Positions 22,767 through 32,077 of a stretch of 47,174 nt of DNA are shown one piece after another (the first letter of the stretch is position 1; the number at the start of each line of letters is the position of its first letter). Origin of the DNA: Methanobacteriota archaeon. GTDB taxonomy: Archaea > Thermoplasmatota > Poseidoniia > MGIII > CG-Epi1. The stretch is from NCBI GenBank assembly GCA_016845825.1, contig JAERSJ010000108.1, positions 1 through 47,174 on the forward strand, written 5' to 3'. The position numbers and the translations under genes were made by a program. The notes beneath the pieces are model-generated. The model had not been told where the DNA came from. It saw nothing but the letters and a program-made list of their open reading frames with translations, and did not search any database.

Positions 22767-23894
22767 TTAAGTTAACTTTGAAGTAAAATTAGTTTTATTT
22801 TCCAACGGCGTCGTTTTAGGTCTTCCGATATCAGATCTAAATCCTTTTTTAACTCTAATTTCAAAAAATATTGGACCTTTGAGGCTCTCTATTCTTATTA
22901 GCGTTTCTAAAATAGCTTCTTCAGTTTCACATGAAAATACATACGGATAACCTGAGCTCTTCGCTATCGCACTTAACTCAATATCAAGTCCTGCGGTATC
23001 CTGACCACCCACTGAGTCATGGGCTCCGTTGTTTAACACAATATGTATCAGATTCTGCGGCTTAATCGTGCCGATAAGAGGGATTGCTCCCATCTGCATA
23101 ATAATTGCACCATCTCCATCTAAGCATATAACACGTCTGCTAGGTTGATTTAGCGCTAAACCTAGGGCAATTTGATTTGCATGCCCCATTCCCCCAACAA
23201 CCAAAAAATCGTGCGAGTGGTCTTTGCATGTATTACTACGATATTCATATAACTCTCTCGAAGTCAGACCAGTTGTCGCCACAATTAATTCATCATTCCA
23301 ATGGCTTGCGACTAACTGGATTGCTTTTTCCCTTGTTAACTCATACTCCGACTCATAACTTTGCTTAGGAGCATATTTCTCAAAGAAATCTTTTTTAACA
23401 ACTAAAGCATGCACACGACTCTCAGATCTAGCAGACGCAGCACAGTGACTAACTGCATCCAGTACCTCAGTTTTAGACATATCGTTACTTAAAATAGTAT
23501 ATGGCACCTCCATAGTACTAAGGAGCTCCAAAGTGACTCTACCTTGCTTTTTATGCTGCGGCTCATCAGAGACTCCCGGCTCTCCTCGCCAACCAATGAG
23601 CAAAATCGCAGGTGTCGCATACACTTCTGTGTCTGTAAGAGATAGTAATGGATTAACAAGGTTCCCAAGGCCCGAATTTTGTAAGTAGACTAAAGGTACT
23701 TGGCCAGTACCCAAATGGTATCCCATTGCCAAAGCCAATGCCCCTCCTTCATTTGCTGCAATAATATGATTTTCGCTAGACACATTGTCATCAACATAAT
23801 AGCAAAAGTTCTTTAACAGAGAGTCAGGGACACCACTATAAAAAGTTACACCACACTTTACTAATTTGTCATGAAATAACTGAGGACTAAACAA
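22767..23894 (-). CDS. aepY: Phosphonopyruvate decarboxylase
   Basis: GVPDSLLK, ANEG, YLQNSGLGN.VNPL, GWRGEPG..DEPQH, VGGMGHA, DGDGA, NNGAHDSVGGQ; near pepM. Confidence 0.95.
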   Translation of the reverse strand: MFSPQLFHDKLVKCGVTFYSGVPDSLLKNFCYYVDDNVSSENHIIAANEGGALALAMGYHLGTGQVPLVYLQNSGLGNLVNPLLSLTDTEVYATPAILLIGWRGEPGVSDEPQHKKQGRVTLELLSTMEVPYTILSNDMSKTEVLDAVSHCAASARSESRVHALVVKKDFFEKYAPKQSYESEYELTREKAIQLVASHWNDELIVATTGLTSRELYEYRSNTCKDHSHDFLVVGGMGHANQIALGLALNQPSRRVICLDGDGAIIMQMGAIPLIGTIKPQNLIHIVLNNGAHDSVGGQDTAGLDIELSAIAKSSGYPYVFSCETEEAILETLIRIESLKGPIFFEIRVKKGFRSDIGRPKTTPLENKTNFTSKLT

Positions 23895-23936
23895 ACTCTA
23901 AATCTCCTTATTTATCATAAATTTTAAAAATAAATG

Positions 23937-24812
23937 CTAATTTTCTGAGACTTCAGATAGCTCTGAAATTAGCTCCAAAATACCTTGGCCAATATCAATA
24001 TATTCACTCGAGATAAGCTTAGTGGAACTCTTCGGTACATATTGGTAAGGGGTGAGCTTGTAATGGGCATGACTAGTCATGGACTCTGGATTAAATGAAA
24101 TAGATACGTCAGTCCCTAAAATCTCTTTAATCATTTTAAGGAGTTCTGATTGCGTCAATACTTGTATTCCAGTTAAGGTAATGGCTTTGGACAAATACGC
24201 AGAGCTTAAAAGATCTACGCTCATTCGAGCGGCGTCGACTACGTTGATATACTCTCTTTTTTCTTCTCCAGTACCACCAAACTCTATCTTATTATTGTTT
24301 ATCATTTCACTTACAATTCTTCTCAAACCGTTCCATGACTGAGCTCTGGGTCCATACAACGAACCAAATCTAAGTATTGTGTACTGCAAAGCCTTTTGCT
24401 CATGAAAGACCTCAATTAACGTTTCAACTGCCTGTTTAGACGCTCTATAAAATGAGCCGTGCTTGCTATACACATACATAGTAGAGCCGTACATTAACCT
24501 GACCGAATGCTTAGCACATAGGTCAATAACCTTTGCGCTACCCATTATATTATCCGAAATTGTGACTAATGGATCAGCCTCAGCTTTTGCTATATCTGCG
24601 ACACCCGCCATGTGGTATACAACATCAGACTTTTTGATTTCTCTCTCAAGTGAACACTCATCGGATATATTCCCAACCACAACTATTTGGGAGCTACTTG
24701 CCCAAACAGATGGTTTAATATCAAATATTGTTACGGTGTGATTGGCTGCTGACAGCGCATCCGCAATATGACTACCTAGAAATCCAGATCCACCTATCAC
24801 TAGAACATTCAT
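23937..24812 (-). CDS. NAD-dependent epimerase/dehydratase
   Basis: GGSGFLG, YRASK, LRFGSLYGP, REYINVVD. Confidence 0.9.
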   Translation of the reverse strand: MNVLVIGGSGFLGSHIADALSAANHTVTIFDIKPSVWASSSQIVVVGNISDECSLEREIKKSDVVYHMAGVADIAKAEADPLVTISDNIMGSAKVIDLCAKHSVRLMYGSTMYVYSKHGSFYRASKQAVETLIEVFHEQKALQYTILRFGSLYGPRAQSWNGLRRIVSEMINNNKIEFGGTGEEKREYINVVDAARMSVDLLSSAYLSKAITLTGIQVLTQSELLKMIKEILGTDVSISFNPESMTSHAHYKLTPYQYVPKSSTKLISSEYIDIGQGILELISELSEVSEN

Positions 24813-24872
24813 AGAGATTACAACCTATTTTCTATCATTCATTGAACCGAAAATTTTAGCCTTCAAACAACC

Positions 24873-26399
24873 CTACCGGGATGATTTTTTTTGATTTGCG
24901 ATGTGACTACCCAGTCTTAAAGACAAGGCAATAATAGTATATGTTGGATTAACGATAGAGGAGGAAGGAAATACAGAACTACCCGAAATAAAAAGATTGC
25001 TTAACCCAAAGATCTTTAAATTAGAGTCAACAACACCATGCTCCAGACACTTAGCCATCCTTGTAGTGCCAATATGATGGTTAACTGGATCGTCCTGCTT
25101 AAATATCTCTTTACTTTGCAGACCTTGTGAAATCCTACAAATTCCAACATTGGTTAGCATTGCTTCTCTACCAACAGCCTTAGCTGCCTCAAAAACTGTT
25201 TTCATTTCTCGATCACTTACTGAATCCCAAAAAATCTCTACCTTGCTCCTACCATGGCGATCCTTATCTTTCGAAAGCTTAATATAGTTGCTCATCCTTG
25301 GCTCCTGCTCTACAGAAATATGCAGATCCCAGAGTTTTGAATCGAGCCGACCTCCCACCAACTTACACCAAGCTTTGTTAGAATAATTCATTAATAATTC
25401 AATATTATTCTTCAGAGCTGCATACGTGGATGCATTTTCTTTAATCACCTTAACATCAGTTGACGGCGATAAATGAATATTGTGTCTTAGCGCATTAATT
25501 TTAGAACGCTCAGATGTATTCATTTCAAAACCAAAATCCCAGCCTAAATTATCGCCAATATTCTCACATTTAGTTAGAAAACCCTCTTTAGTCAGAGTCG
25601 CTGCACCCCTAAAAGCTGGATGACTCATAAAGCAAGCTCCAACAAATTTATTGTTCTTGATCTCTGTACTAATTGATGAATCTAGTAAAACTCTTGGATT
25701 CTCGATCGCCCCAGCGCAGAGTACAAAAGTTTTCGCTCTAACATTAACTTCTTTGCCGGAGAAGGACTTAATCACTACATATTCCACTATATCTTTTTCT
25801 GACTGTACTATATTGGTGACAGTAGCATTAGTTAGAAAAGTACAGTTTTTGTCTTTAAACAAAACATCCTGATATAAATTGCTTAGATCACGATTTTTAC
25901 TCGAAGATCGTTGGTACTGAACCCCACGTAAAATTCCTTTGGTTCCAGCAAAGCTACTAAAACTTTCAGCTAACTGGGACGCTTCCCTCCAATCCTCCGT
26001 AAAAAACTTTTCGTAGCTAATTCCAAGAACTGAAGCCGCTTCCTTATAGTATTTTTCGATATCGCCATAGCTGATTGGCCACCCTTTAAAATCACCCCCC
26101 ACCCCGCCATCAAATTCTTCTGGATCAAAAGGTCTGCAAACTCCAGCCCATAATTTCCCAGCTCCACCAACACACCGCAGCCGTGAATTTACTAAATCTA
26201 ATCTTCTTGGTCCTATGCTATACCCTTCATTTAACTCCCTAAACTGCTGATTGGGATTGACCTCACCAGATTCCAATATTATAAACTTTATGCCTTTATT
26301 AATCAGTTTGGATGCAACAGCCAAGCCAGCTGGACCAGAACCGACAATACATACATCGTACTCACCAAGCTTATCAATATTGTCCAAGTCTTCATGCAT
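24873..26399 (-). CDS. GMC-family FAD-dependent oxidoreductase
   Basis: DVCIVGSGPAG, VGGAGKLWAG, VLCAGAIENPRVLL, HHIGTTRM, GSSVFP, NPTYTI. Likely start ATG 26399 (MHEDL) overlaps upstream stop by 8 bp; track start is 26414. Confidence 0.9.
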   Translation of the reverse strand: MHEDLDNIDKLGEYDVCIVGSGPAGLAVASKLINKGIKFIILESGEVNPNQQFRELNEGYSIGPRRLDLVNSRLRCVGGAGKLWAGVCRPFDPEEFDGGVGGDFKGWPISYGDIEKYYKEAASVLGISYEKFFTEDWREASQLAESFSSFAGTKGILRGVQYQRSSSKNRDLSNLYQDVLFKDKNCTFLTNATVTNIVQSEKDIVEYVVIKSFSGKEVNVRAKTFVLCAGAIENPRVLLDSSISTEIKNNKFVGACFMSHPAFRGAATLTKEGFLTKCENIGDNLGWDFGFEMNTSERSKINALRHNIHLSPSTDVKVIKENASTYAALKNNIELLMNYSNKAWCKLVGGRLDSKLWDLHISVEQEPRMSNYIKLSKDKDRHGRSKVEIFWDSVSDREMKTVFEAAKAVGREAMLTNVGICRISQGLQSKEIFKQDDPVNHHIGTTRMAKCLEHGVVDSNLKIFGLSNLFISGSSVFPSSSIVNPTYTIIALSLRLGSHIANQKKSSR

Positions 26400-26709
26400 A
26401 ATACTGACTCGCACAATAAAGCTTAAATTCAGTTTCAGACAATACTATACCCTCAATAAGCGCCACTCTATTTTCAACATAATCTAACTCTATCTGGCCT
26501 AATAAATATTCTGAGAACTCTCTAGAATTTGATATGTTCGGCATACTTCTAATCCATTGATCTACAAAAGTTATCTCCATTCGGCTTAGATCTTCAAAAG
26601 GATTTACAATTTGACTTAGAAATAGGTCGATACTGTAGTTCTGAGATCTAATATTGCCTAAAGGAGCAAGTAAAACTAAGGCCAATGAGACAAACTTTCT
26701 TCGATTCAT
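26392..26709 (-). CDS. Small Tat-signal protein, probable partner of the GMC oxidoreductase
   Basis: MNRRKFVSLALVLL twin-arginine motif; C-terminal DYVENRVALIEGIVLSETE; overlaps the GMC gene start. Confidence 0.65.
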   Translation of the reverse strand: MNRRKFVSLALVLLAPLGNIRSQNYSIDLFLSQIVNPFEDLSRMEITFVDQWIRSMPNISNSREFSEYLLGQIELDYVENRVALIEGIVLSETEFKLYCASQYYA

Positions 26710-26722
26710 ATTGCTCTCATAA

Positions 26723-28027
26723 TCAGAGATTAATCGCTATTCTATCAGTGATCGCTAAAGCATCAGAATGGATCTCTCCAAAATGACAAATCACGGAACC
26801 TGTCAATTCTGAGCGAGGTGAATATAGAACAATATTAGAATCAAGCGGAATTACTTCACCTTCTAAATAAGTACATAACAATGGTTGATTACCAGCACGG
26901 ACGAGGTTCGGCCACGTGTTTAAAACTTTGTTTTTACTATTTATCACACGCTGTCTAAGTTTATCATGATGATTCATTACTCCAAAAAGAGATGCTATCG
27001 CATGATATGGACCGGTCACCATCTTTTTCAATTGAGTCTCGATATTAAAATAAAAATACTTGGATGATTCTGGCACTAAGTGCCTCTTATGAGCCACAAA
27101 GCATGCTCCAGTTAAACCGAACAATCCTTTGCAGGAACTAAATGCCATAACATCTGCCAAATCATGGTCGTCTTCCAACCCAATTGAACCTGTAGCATCG
27201 ACGTATAACTTCGCCCCACAATCATCTGCCTTAGCTTTTATAACGGTTAAATTCACCTTAAACGCTATTGAGGTCTCCGTATATGCACACAGAATCCAAT
27301 CAAAATTGCCTTCGATGTCTAGAATTTCGTCATAGCTACAAATTGTTACCTCACAACCACTAGGCAAAAGTCTTTGCAGTCGGGCACTGTAATAACCTGT
27401 TGAAATGAGCAGTACTTTTCCTTTGACAAAAGTGTGCGCTGCCAACTCTAGAGCAAATGTAGCCGAACCCTGTGCCACAACCAACTCGTCTTGACCACTT
27501 AACCGTTTTATCCACTCACTCACTTTCTCAATAATATTAGTGAATTCTCTATCACCACGACCAAATATTGGCTTTAAATACTGCAAGTTCTCTTGCAGAA
27601 CTACTGCCGGACCGGGAGTAAGCATCAGCTTTCCATTATTGATGTCCGTTATTGTTCGCTGCACCAAATATCTTATTTCAGAACTACTAACTCCTTCAGT
27701 ACGCGGCAGTATTTTCAACTTTGTTTTGTCTATTGAGTTTACGTTATCATCACCATGAACTAGAAGGTCAATATCGTGGCTGTCTAAAACACTTTCATTT
27801 ATAAGCCAAGGTGTAGCAACAACTTCATCGACATATGTTATTGATTCTAATATTTCCTTACGAAACTCAAAAGCTAGCTCAGGCTTGTAATGTTTTTTAG
27901 ACTCAATTTCATCATCAGTAGTGAGCCCAACAATAACTGAGCCATATTCCGACGCCTTTTTAAGCAACCGTATATGCCCGTGATGTATGAGCGTAGCCGA
28001 CATATCTACCATAATACGCTTAGTCAT
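26723..28027 (-). CDS. Fusion: HxGH (TagD-like) cytidylyltransferase + class V PLP aminotransferase (2-aminoethylphosphonate transaminase-like)
   Basis: N-domain LIHHGH, HGDD, RTEGVSSS; from ~aa 133 MLTPGP, GSAT, ETS, VDATGSIG, SSCKGLFG (PLP Lys); 7 bp downstream of pepM. Confidence 0.85.
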   Translation of the reverse strand: MTKRIMVDMSATLIHHGHIRLLKKASEYGSVIVGLTTDDEIESKKHYKPELAFEFRKEILESITYVDEVVATPWLINESVLDSHDIDLLVHGDDNVNSIDKTKLKILPRTEGVSSSEIRYLVQRTITDINNGKLMLTPGPAVVLQENLQYLKPIFGRGDREFTNIIEKVSEWIKRLSGQDELVVAQGSATFALELAAHTFVKGKVLLISTGYYSARLQRLLPSGCEVTICSYDEILDIEGNFDWILCAYTETSIAFKVNLTVIKAKADDCGAKLYVDATGSIGLEDDHDLADVMAFSSCKGLFGLTGACFVAHKRHLVPESSKYFYFNIETQLKKMVTGPYHAIASLFGVMNHHDKLRQRVINSKNKVLNTWPNLVRAGNQPLLCTYLEGEVIPLDSNIVLYSPRSELTGSVICHFGEIHSDALAITDRIAINL

Positions 28028-28034
28028 TTATAAG

Positions 28035-29333
28035 TTACCTTGTTCCTGGAATAATTTCTAAAATCTCTTTGATTGACATACAATCAGGCTCTGCTTGCTG
28101 ACTCCTTCCGTTAACCAATATGGATTTTGCAACTTTTAACATAGCCGGATAAGCTGATCTAAGCATATGATTGGCTGAAATCACAACATTCACGCCAAGA
28201 TCAATGAACTCATCAACGGTTACTGAATTAAAGCTAGTAGGGACAACAACCACAGGACTTTTCTTATCTGAAGCTCTAAATTTTGTCATGAATTCTATAA
28301 TTTCAGCCGGATCCTTGTGTCGAGAGTGGATCATAATTCCGTCCGCACCCGCCTTTAAATATTCATGAGCTCTCATTAACGCATCCTCCATCCCAGCCTC
28401 TAAAATAAGGGACTCTACTCGAGCGATAATCATGAAGTCGTCACTAACTTGAGCTGCCTTACCCGCCTTTATTTTAAGACAAAAGTTCTCAACAGAGTCT
28501 TGAGTCTGTTTGACCTCGTTACCGAATAGTGAATTTTTCTTTAACCCTTTTTTATCCTCAATAACGACAGCACTCACTCCAGTCCTCTCTAAACTTTTGA
28601 CTGTGAACTCGAAATGCTCGAGCTTCCCTCCAGTATCTCCATCAAATATCATTGGTTTAGTCGTAACTTCAAAAATTTCGTTTACCGCACCAAGCCGAGC
28701 GGTGATGTCCACAGCCTCAATATCTGGCTTACCTTTTGATGTTGAGTCAGTCAACGAGCTTGACCAAACCCCGTCGAAGCTTATTTTTTCGCCATTTTTA
28801 ACTACCACAGTATTTTCCGCAATCAAAGCGCTCAACGCATTGTGAGCTTCCAAGATGAGCACAATGTCTTTAGTTTGAATAAGACTCTTCAAACGTTGTA
28901 ATCGCGTGGCGGTGGTCACTCCCAACTTCATTAATTGATTTTTTATATTCTGATCGCTAATTTCAGAGCTATATGCTGGCTCTATTAATTCGCCACCCCA
29001 CTGGTCTAACAAATCAAGTACTTCTTGCCTATATTTGGACTGATCTCCTTCAATCCAATCATCTCCATGCACAACATAGGCTGGCTTAATATTTAATAGA
29101 TTTTCACGGTAGCTTGCAGTTTGTTGGGGTACCACCTGTGACACCATTGACAGATTCTGAATTACACCCAATCTTTGGTTGTATTTTAGATATGCAGAAT
29201 CCCCTAACTCATTAATCGCAGTGGATGTTAGTAGCCCTACAACAACATCCCCGTACATACTGGCTTCCTTTAGAATAGCTATATGGCCAACATGAAGTAA
29301 ATCCGCAATTAACGACACGTATACTTTTTTCAT
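28035..29333 (-). CDS. pepM: Phosphoenolpyruvate mutase with N-terminal HxGH cytidylyltransferase domain
   Basis: Diagnostic EDKKGLKKNS (EDK-X5-NS); WSSSLTDS.SKGKPDIE; DGDTGG; N-domain DLLHVGH, HGDDW. Confidence 0.97.
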   Translation of the reverse strand: MKKVYVSLIADLLHVGHIAILKEASMYGDVVVGLLTSTAINELGDSAYLKYNQRLGVIQNLSMVSQVVPQQTASYRENLLNIKPAYVVHGDDWIEGDQSKYRQEVLDLLDQWGGELIEPAYSSEISDQNIKNQLMKLGVTTATRLQRLKSLIQTKDIVLILEAHNALSALIAENTVVVKNGEKISFDGVWSSSLTDSTSKGKPDIEAVDITARLGAVNEIFEVTTKPMIFDGDTGGKLEHFEFTVKSLERTGVSAVVIEDKKGLKKNSLFGNEVKQTQDSVENFCLKIKAGKAAQVSDDFMIIARVESLILEAGMEDALMRAHEYLKAGADGIMIHSRHKDPAEIIEFMTKFRASDKKSPVVVVPTSFNSVTVDEFIDLGVNVVISANHMLRSAYPAMLKVAKSILVNGRSQQAEPDCMSIKEILEIIPGTR

Positions 29334-29393
29334 AAAACTTTAATTCCTATCTAACAGTAACATTGAATCAACCAGATGACCTTGACAATCGAA

Positions 29394-30680
29394 TTACAAT
29401 ATAACCTTATTAGAGATTAATATTCGATAATAAATCAAATACAGCCACCACAAATTAAAAATAGAACTAAACATCAAAAACAACAGCGCTGAAACAGCAT
29501 AAGAATCTACAACTACTGTCGAACTGTCTCTGTTAAAAAATAGCCGCTTTGCTGAACGAAATTGGGCGTGGAACACACATAATACAAAAAACAAACCCAT
29601 GGCTCCGAAAGGAATCAAAAAATCTACATAAGTATTATGGGGACTAAGTTTCCAACCCCTCCCAACCTTAATTTGGAAACTCTTAATCTCTTTAGCTAAT
29701 AAACTATTTAAATCGCCATCTTTAGTGTCACCATCTGAAAATTTAGCTTTAATAGTATTTTCATTCATGAGGAACGTCTGACTACCCGGGCCCGCACCAA
29801 AAGGAAAAACCTCTTGGAATAACTCATAGGAACGTATACTTATAGTTATCCTATGAAGCGTAGACTTATATGAATCAAAACTCCCAGACACAATATTTTG
29901 ATATTGCGCAATAGCGAAAAACAAAGTAGCGGGCAGAAGTAACGTTAGAACAATGGATTTTCTAAAATTGAATTCAAAGGGTGACGCACCAAAACCAGTT
30001 CGAAACCAAAGGATTGCTAGAATGATTAATAGCGAGCCAATACTCGTCCTATCTCCGGTCGCAACTATTCCAACCACAAACAAAAGTACTGCGGCAAAAA
30101 GCTTTGCTGGAGTAGCTTTCGGATTTAATAAAACATGAGCAACGAAGCCTGCAATTATAAGCTGCCCAGTAATGATATATGAATTGATACCCCCATTGTA
30201 TCTATTTCCAGATAGAGCATCTGATGATAAAAAACTCCAACCCAATGGCATCATCAAGAAATACAAAAGAGATCCAAATACAATAACGTATGAGAAATTT
30301 TTTATAATTGAAACACTCTTGATTATTCGGTCAATCGGACTAATTATTATGGCTATAGATGCAGTTATTATCGATAGAAACTTAGCGAAACTAGCCATAC
30401 TCCACCAAGAAGAACTCTCCTTGGAGAAAATTTCTACCTCAAAAAGCAAGAAGATAAATGATGCATAAGTTAACAGTGCAAAATGGAGTAAAAACACGCT
30501 CTTGTTCGCAGAATTTAAACCATGCCCTGAAGCCAGTCTTGAGACTATATAAAAACTGCCATACGTCAAAAACAGCGTATAGGTAAAGTACAAAGGCAAT
30601 CCAAAATTCGTTAAAAACAGGTTGCTAAAGTATATTATTACAAAGACTGGTGCTCCTGAGAGCCCCGATAGTTTTACCAT
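29394..30680 (-). CDS. Wzy/WaaL-like O-antigen polymerase or ligase
   Basis: Many hydrophobic helices; TGDRTS, PFGAGPG, periplasmic loop ending PHNTYVDFL..FGAMG. Confidence 0.8.
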   Translation of the reverse strand: MVKLSGLSGAPVFVIIYFSNLFLTNFGLPLYFTYTLFLTYGSFYIVSRLASGHGLNSANKSVFLLHFALLTYASFIFLLFEVEIFSKESSSWWSMASFAKFLSIITASIAIIISPIDRIIKSVSIIKNFSYVIVFGSLLYFLMMPLGWSFLSSDALSGNRYNGGINSYIITGQLIIAGFVAHVLLNPKATPAKLFAAVLLFVVGIVATGDRTSIGSLLIILAILWFRTGFGASPFEFNFRKSIVLTLLLPATLFFAIAQYQNIVSGSFDSYKSTLHRITISIRSYELFQEVFPFGAGPGSQTFLMNENTIKAKFSDGDTKDGDLNSLLAKEIKSFQIKVGRGWKLSPHNTYVDFLIPFGAMGLFFVLCVFHAQFRSAKRLFFNRDSSTVVVDSYAVSALLFLMFSSIFNLWWLYLIYYRILISNKVIL

Positions 30681-30693
30681 ACGTTCTTACAGA

Positions 30694-30939
30694 CTATTTT
30701 TCAGTTTTATTGAGAATAATTTCGACTATAGATTCGATTGAATCAAAATCGTTAATATTTTCTTCGGTAATAAATATCCCGTAACTCACTTCTATTTCCG
30801 AAAGGATCGCCATATACGCCAAAGAGTCCCACTGAGGCAGATTTTGCGTTGAGGAAGACTTATCTACTATGGCACATCTAGTTACATTTTTAACAATTTT
30901 TACAACATCTTTAGTAAGTTCGTCATCTTTATGATTCAT
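30694..30939 (-). CDS. Acyl carrier protein
   Basis: Small acidic protein with WDSLAYM phosphopantetheine Ser motif; probable start ATG 30939 (track start 30951). Confidence 0.88.
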   Translation of the reverse strand: MNHKDDELTKDVVKIVKNVTRCAIVDKSSSTQNLPQWDSLAYMAILSEIEVSYGIFITEENINDFDSIESIVEIILNKTEK

Positions 30940-32071
30940 AAATAGCACCAATGTTAATATAGTTTACTTCATCATTCCCCACGTAACCAATATGAGAATC
31001 CTCTAGTACTATTATATGTTTAATATTCAAATTGGTGATTCTATCAGGACTCACGATTGGAATTCTACCATTACACAACGATCTACCTATTTTCCCATTA
31101 TCACTGTCTACAGCAAACGAAACTCGGTCAATTAAGAAAGGGTAATTATACAAAAATAGGGTTGATGCGCCGCCGCCACCGAAGATGGCGATAGCTCCAT
31201 TCTCAATCTTATTGATTAAAGTCTTTAACTTTGAAAGACATTTTCTGATGTTTGAATCGACAATCGATAAATGCTCGAGGCTATGCATTATGTGATTTGG
31301 AGGTAGAGCACTGGCTCCTAAACGAAACTCTACCAACAATACCTCATCCTTTTTAATGACATCAACACAACGAAATCCATGCCGCATCATCAAACTCATC
31401 AGACTAGTCTGTGTAAATAAACTGATATGCATATGAAAAATTGTGTAATGCGGTCGAAGCTCACTTTCAAGACCAAAATTAGGAACTTCGATAATGATTT
31501 TACCTTCACTATTCAGTAATCTCTTTGCTTTTTTTAAAGCCATGCTAGGATCGTTAAAGTGCTCTAACACATGAAACATGAAGATATAATCAAAATCACT
31601 CTCTGTAATCTCGGCTTCAACGAAGTCACCGATAAACACCCCATCCACTTCAGCCTGGACTATTTTGTCTACGTTGAAATCAGCAACCCATTTCTCCGAA
31701 CTATCTGGTAAAAGCCCCAAAAATGTGTTTCGCCCGCCCCCAACCTCGAGAGCTTTGGTTTTCTCAAACTTTTGTTTGTCATCAGCAGTTAACAACGTTA
31801 ATCGCTCATATTTCTCCTGACGATTCTCTACATTAAATGCTTCATCCCGGTAAATTTCTGATATTGTCTCGTCATCCATATTCTGTAATTGCATGTAGCC
31901 ACAGTCACTGCAAATGTATACGTGGATATCTTTTAATATCGTCCGTTTCATTTCTGGTAATGGCCAAATATAGAGAGGAAATTTATAACGAGCACTACAG
32001 ACTTCAATCGAACTCGATTTACACGCTCGACAATTAGGTAACGACACTTCTATTCCACCATTTTTCAGCAT
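30929..32071 (-). CDS. SAM-dependent methyltransferase, NDP-sugar C-methyltransferase-like architecture
   Basis: CRAC...CSDC Zn site, LEVGGG, FHVLEHFNDP, IEVP, C-terminal IAIFGGGGAS..VDSDNGKIG domain. Confidence 0.82.
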   Translation of the reverse strand: MLKNGGIEVSLPNCRACKSSSIEVCSARYKFPLYIWPLPEMKRTILKDIHVYICSDCGYMQLQNMDDETISEIYRDEAFNVENRQEKYERLTLLTADDKQKFEKTKALEVGGGRNTFLGLLPDSSEKWVADFNVDKIVQAEVDGVFIGDFVEAEITESDFDYIFMFHVLEHFNDPSMALKKAKRLLNSEGKIIIEVPNFGLESELRPHYTIFHMHISLFTQTSLMSLMMRHGFRCVDVIKKDEVLLVEFRLGASALPPNHIMHSLEHLSIVDSNIRKCLSKLKTLINKIENGAIAIFGGGGASTLFLYNYPFLIDRVSFAVDSDNGKIGRSLCNGRIPIVSPDRITNLNIKHIIVLEDSHIGYVGNDEVNYINIGAIYES

Positions 32072-32077
32072 AAACTA

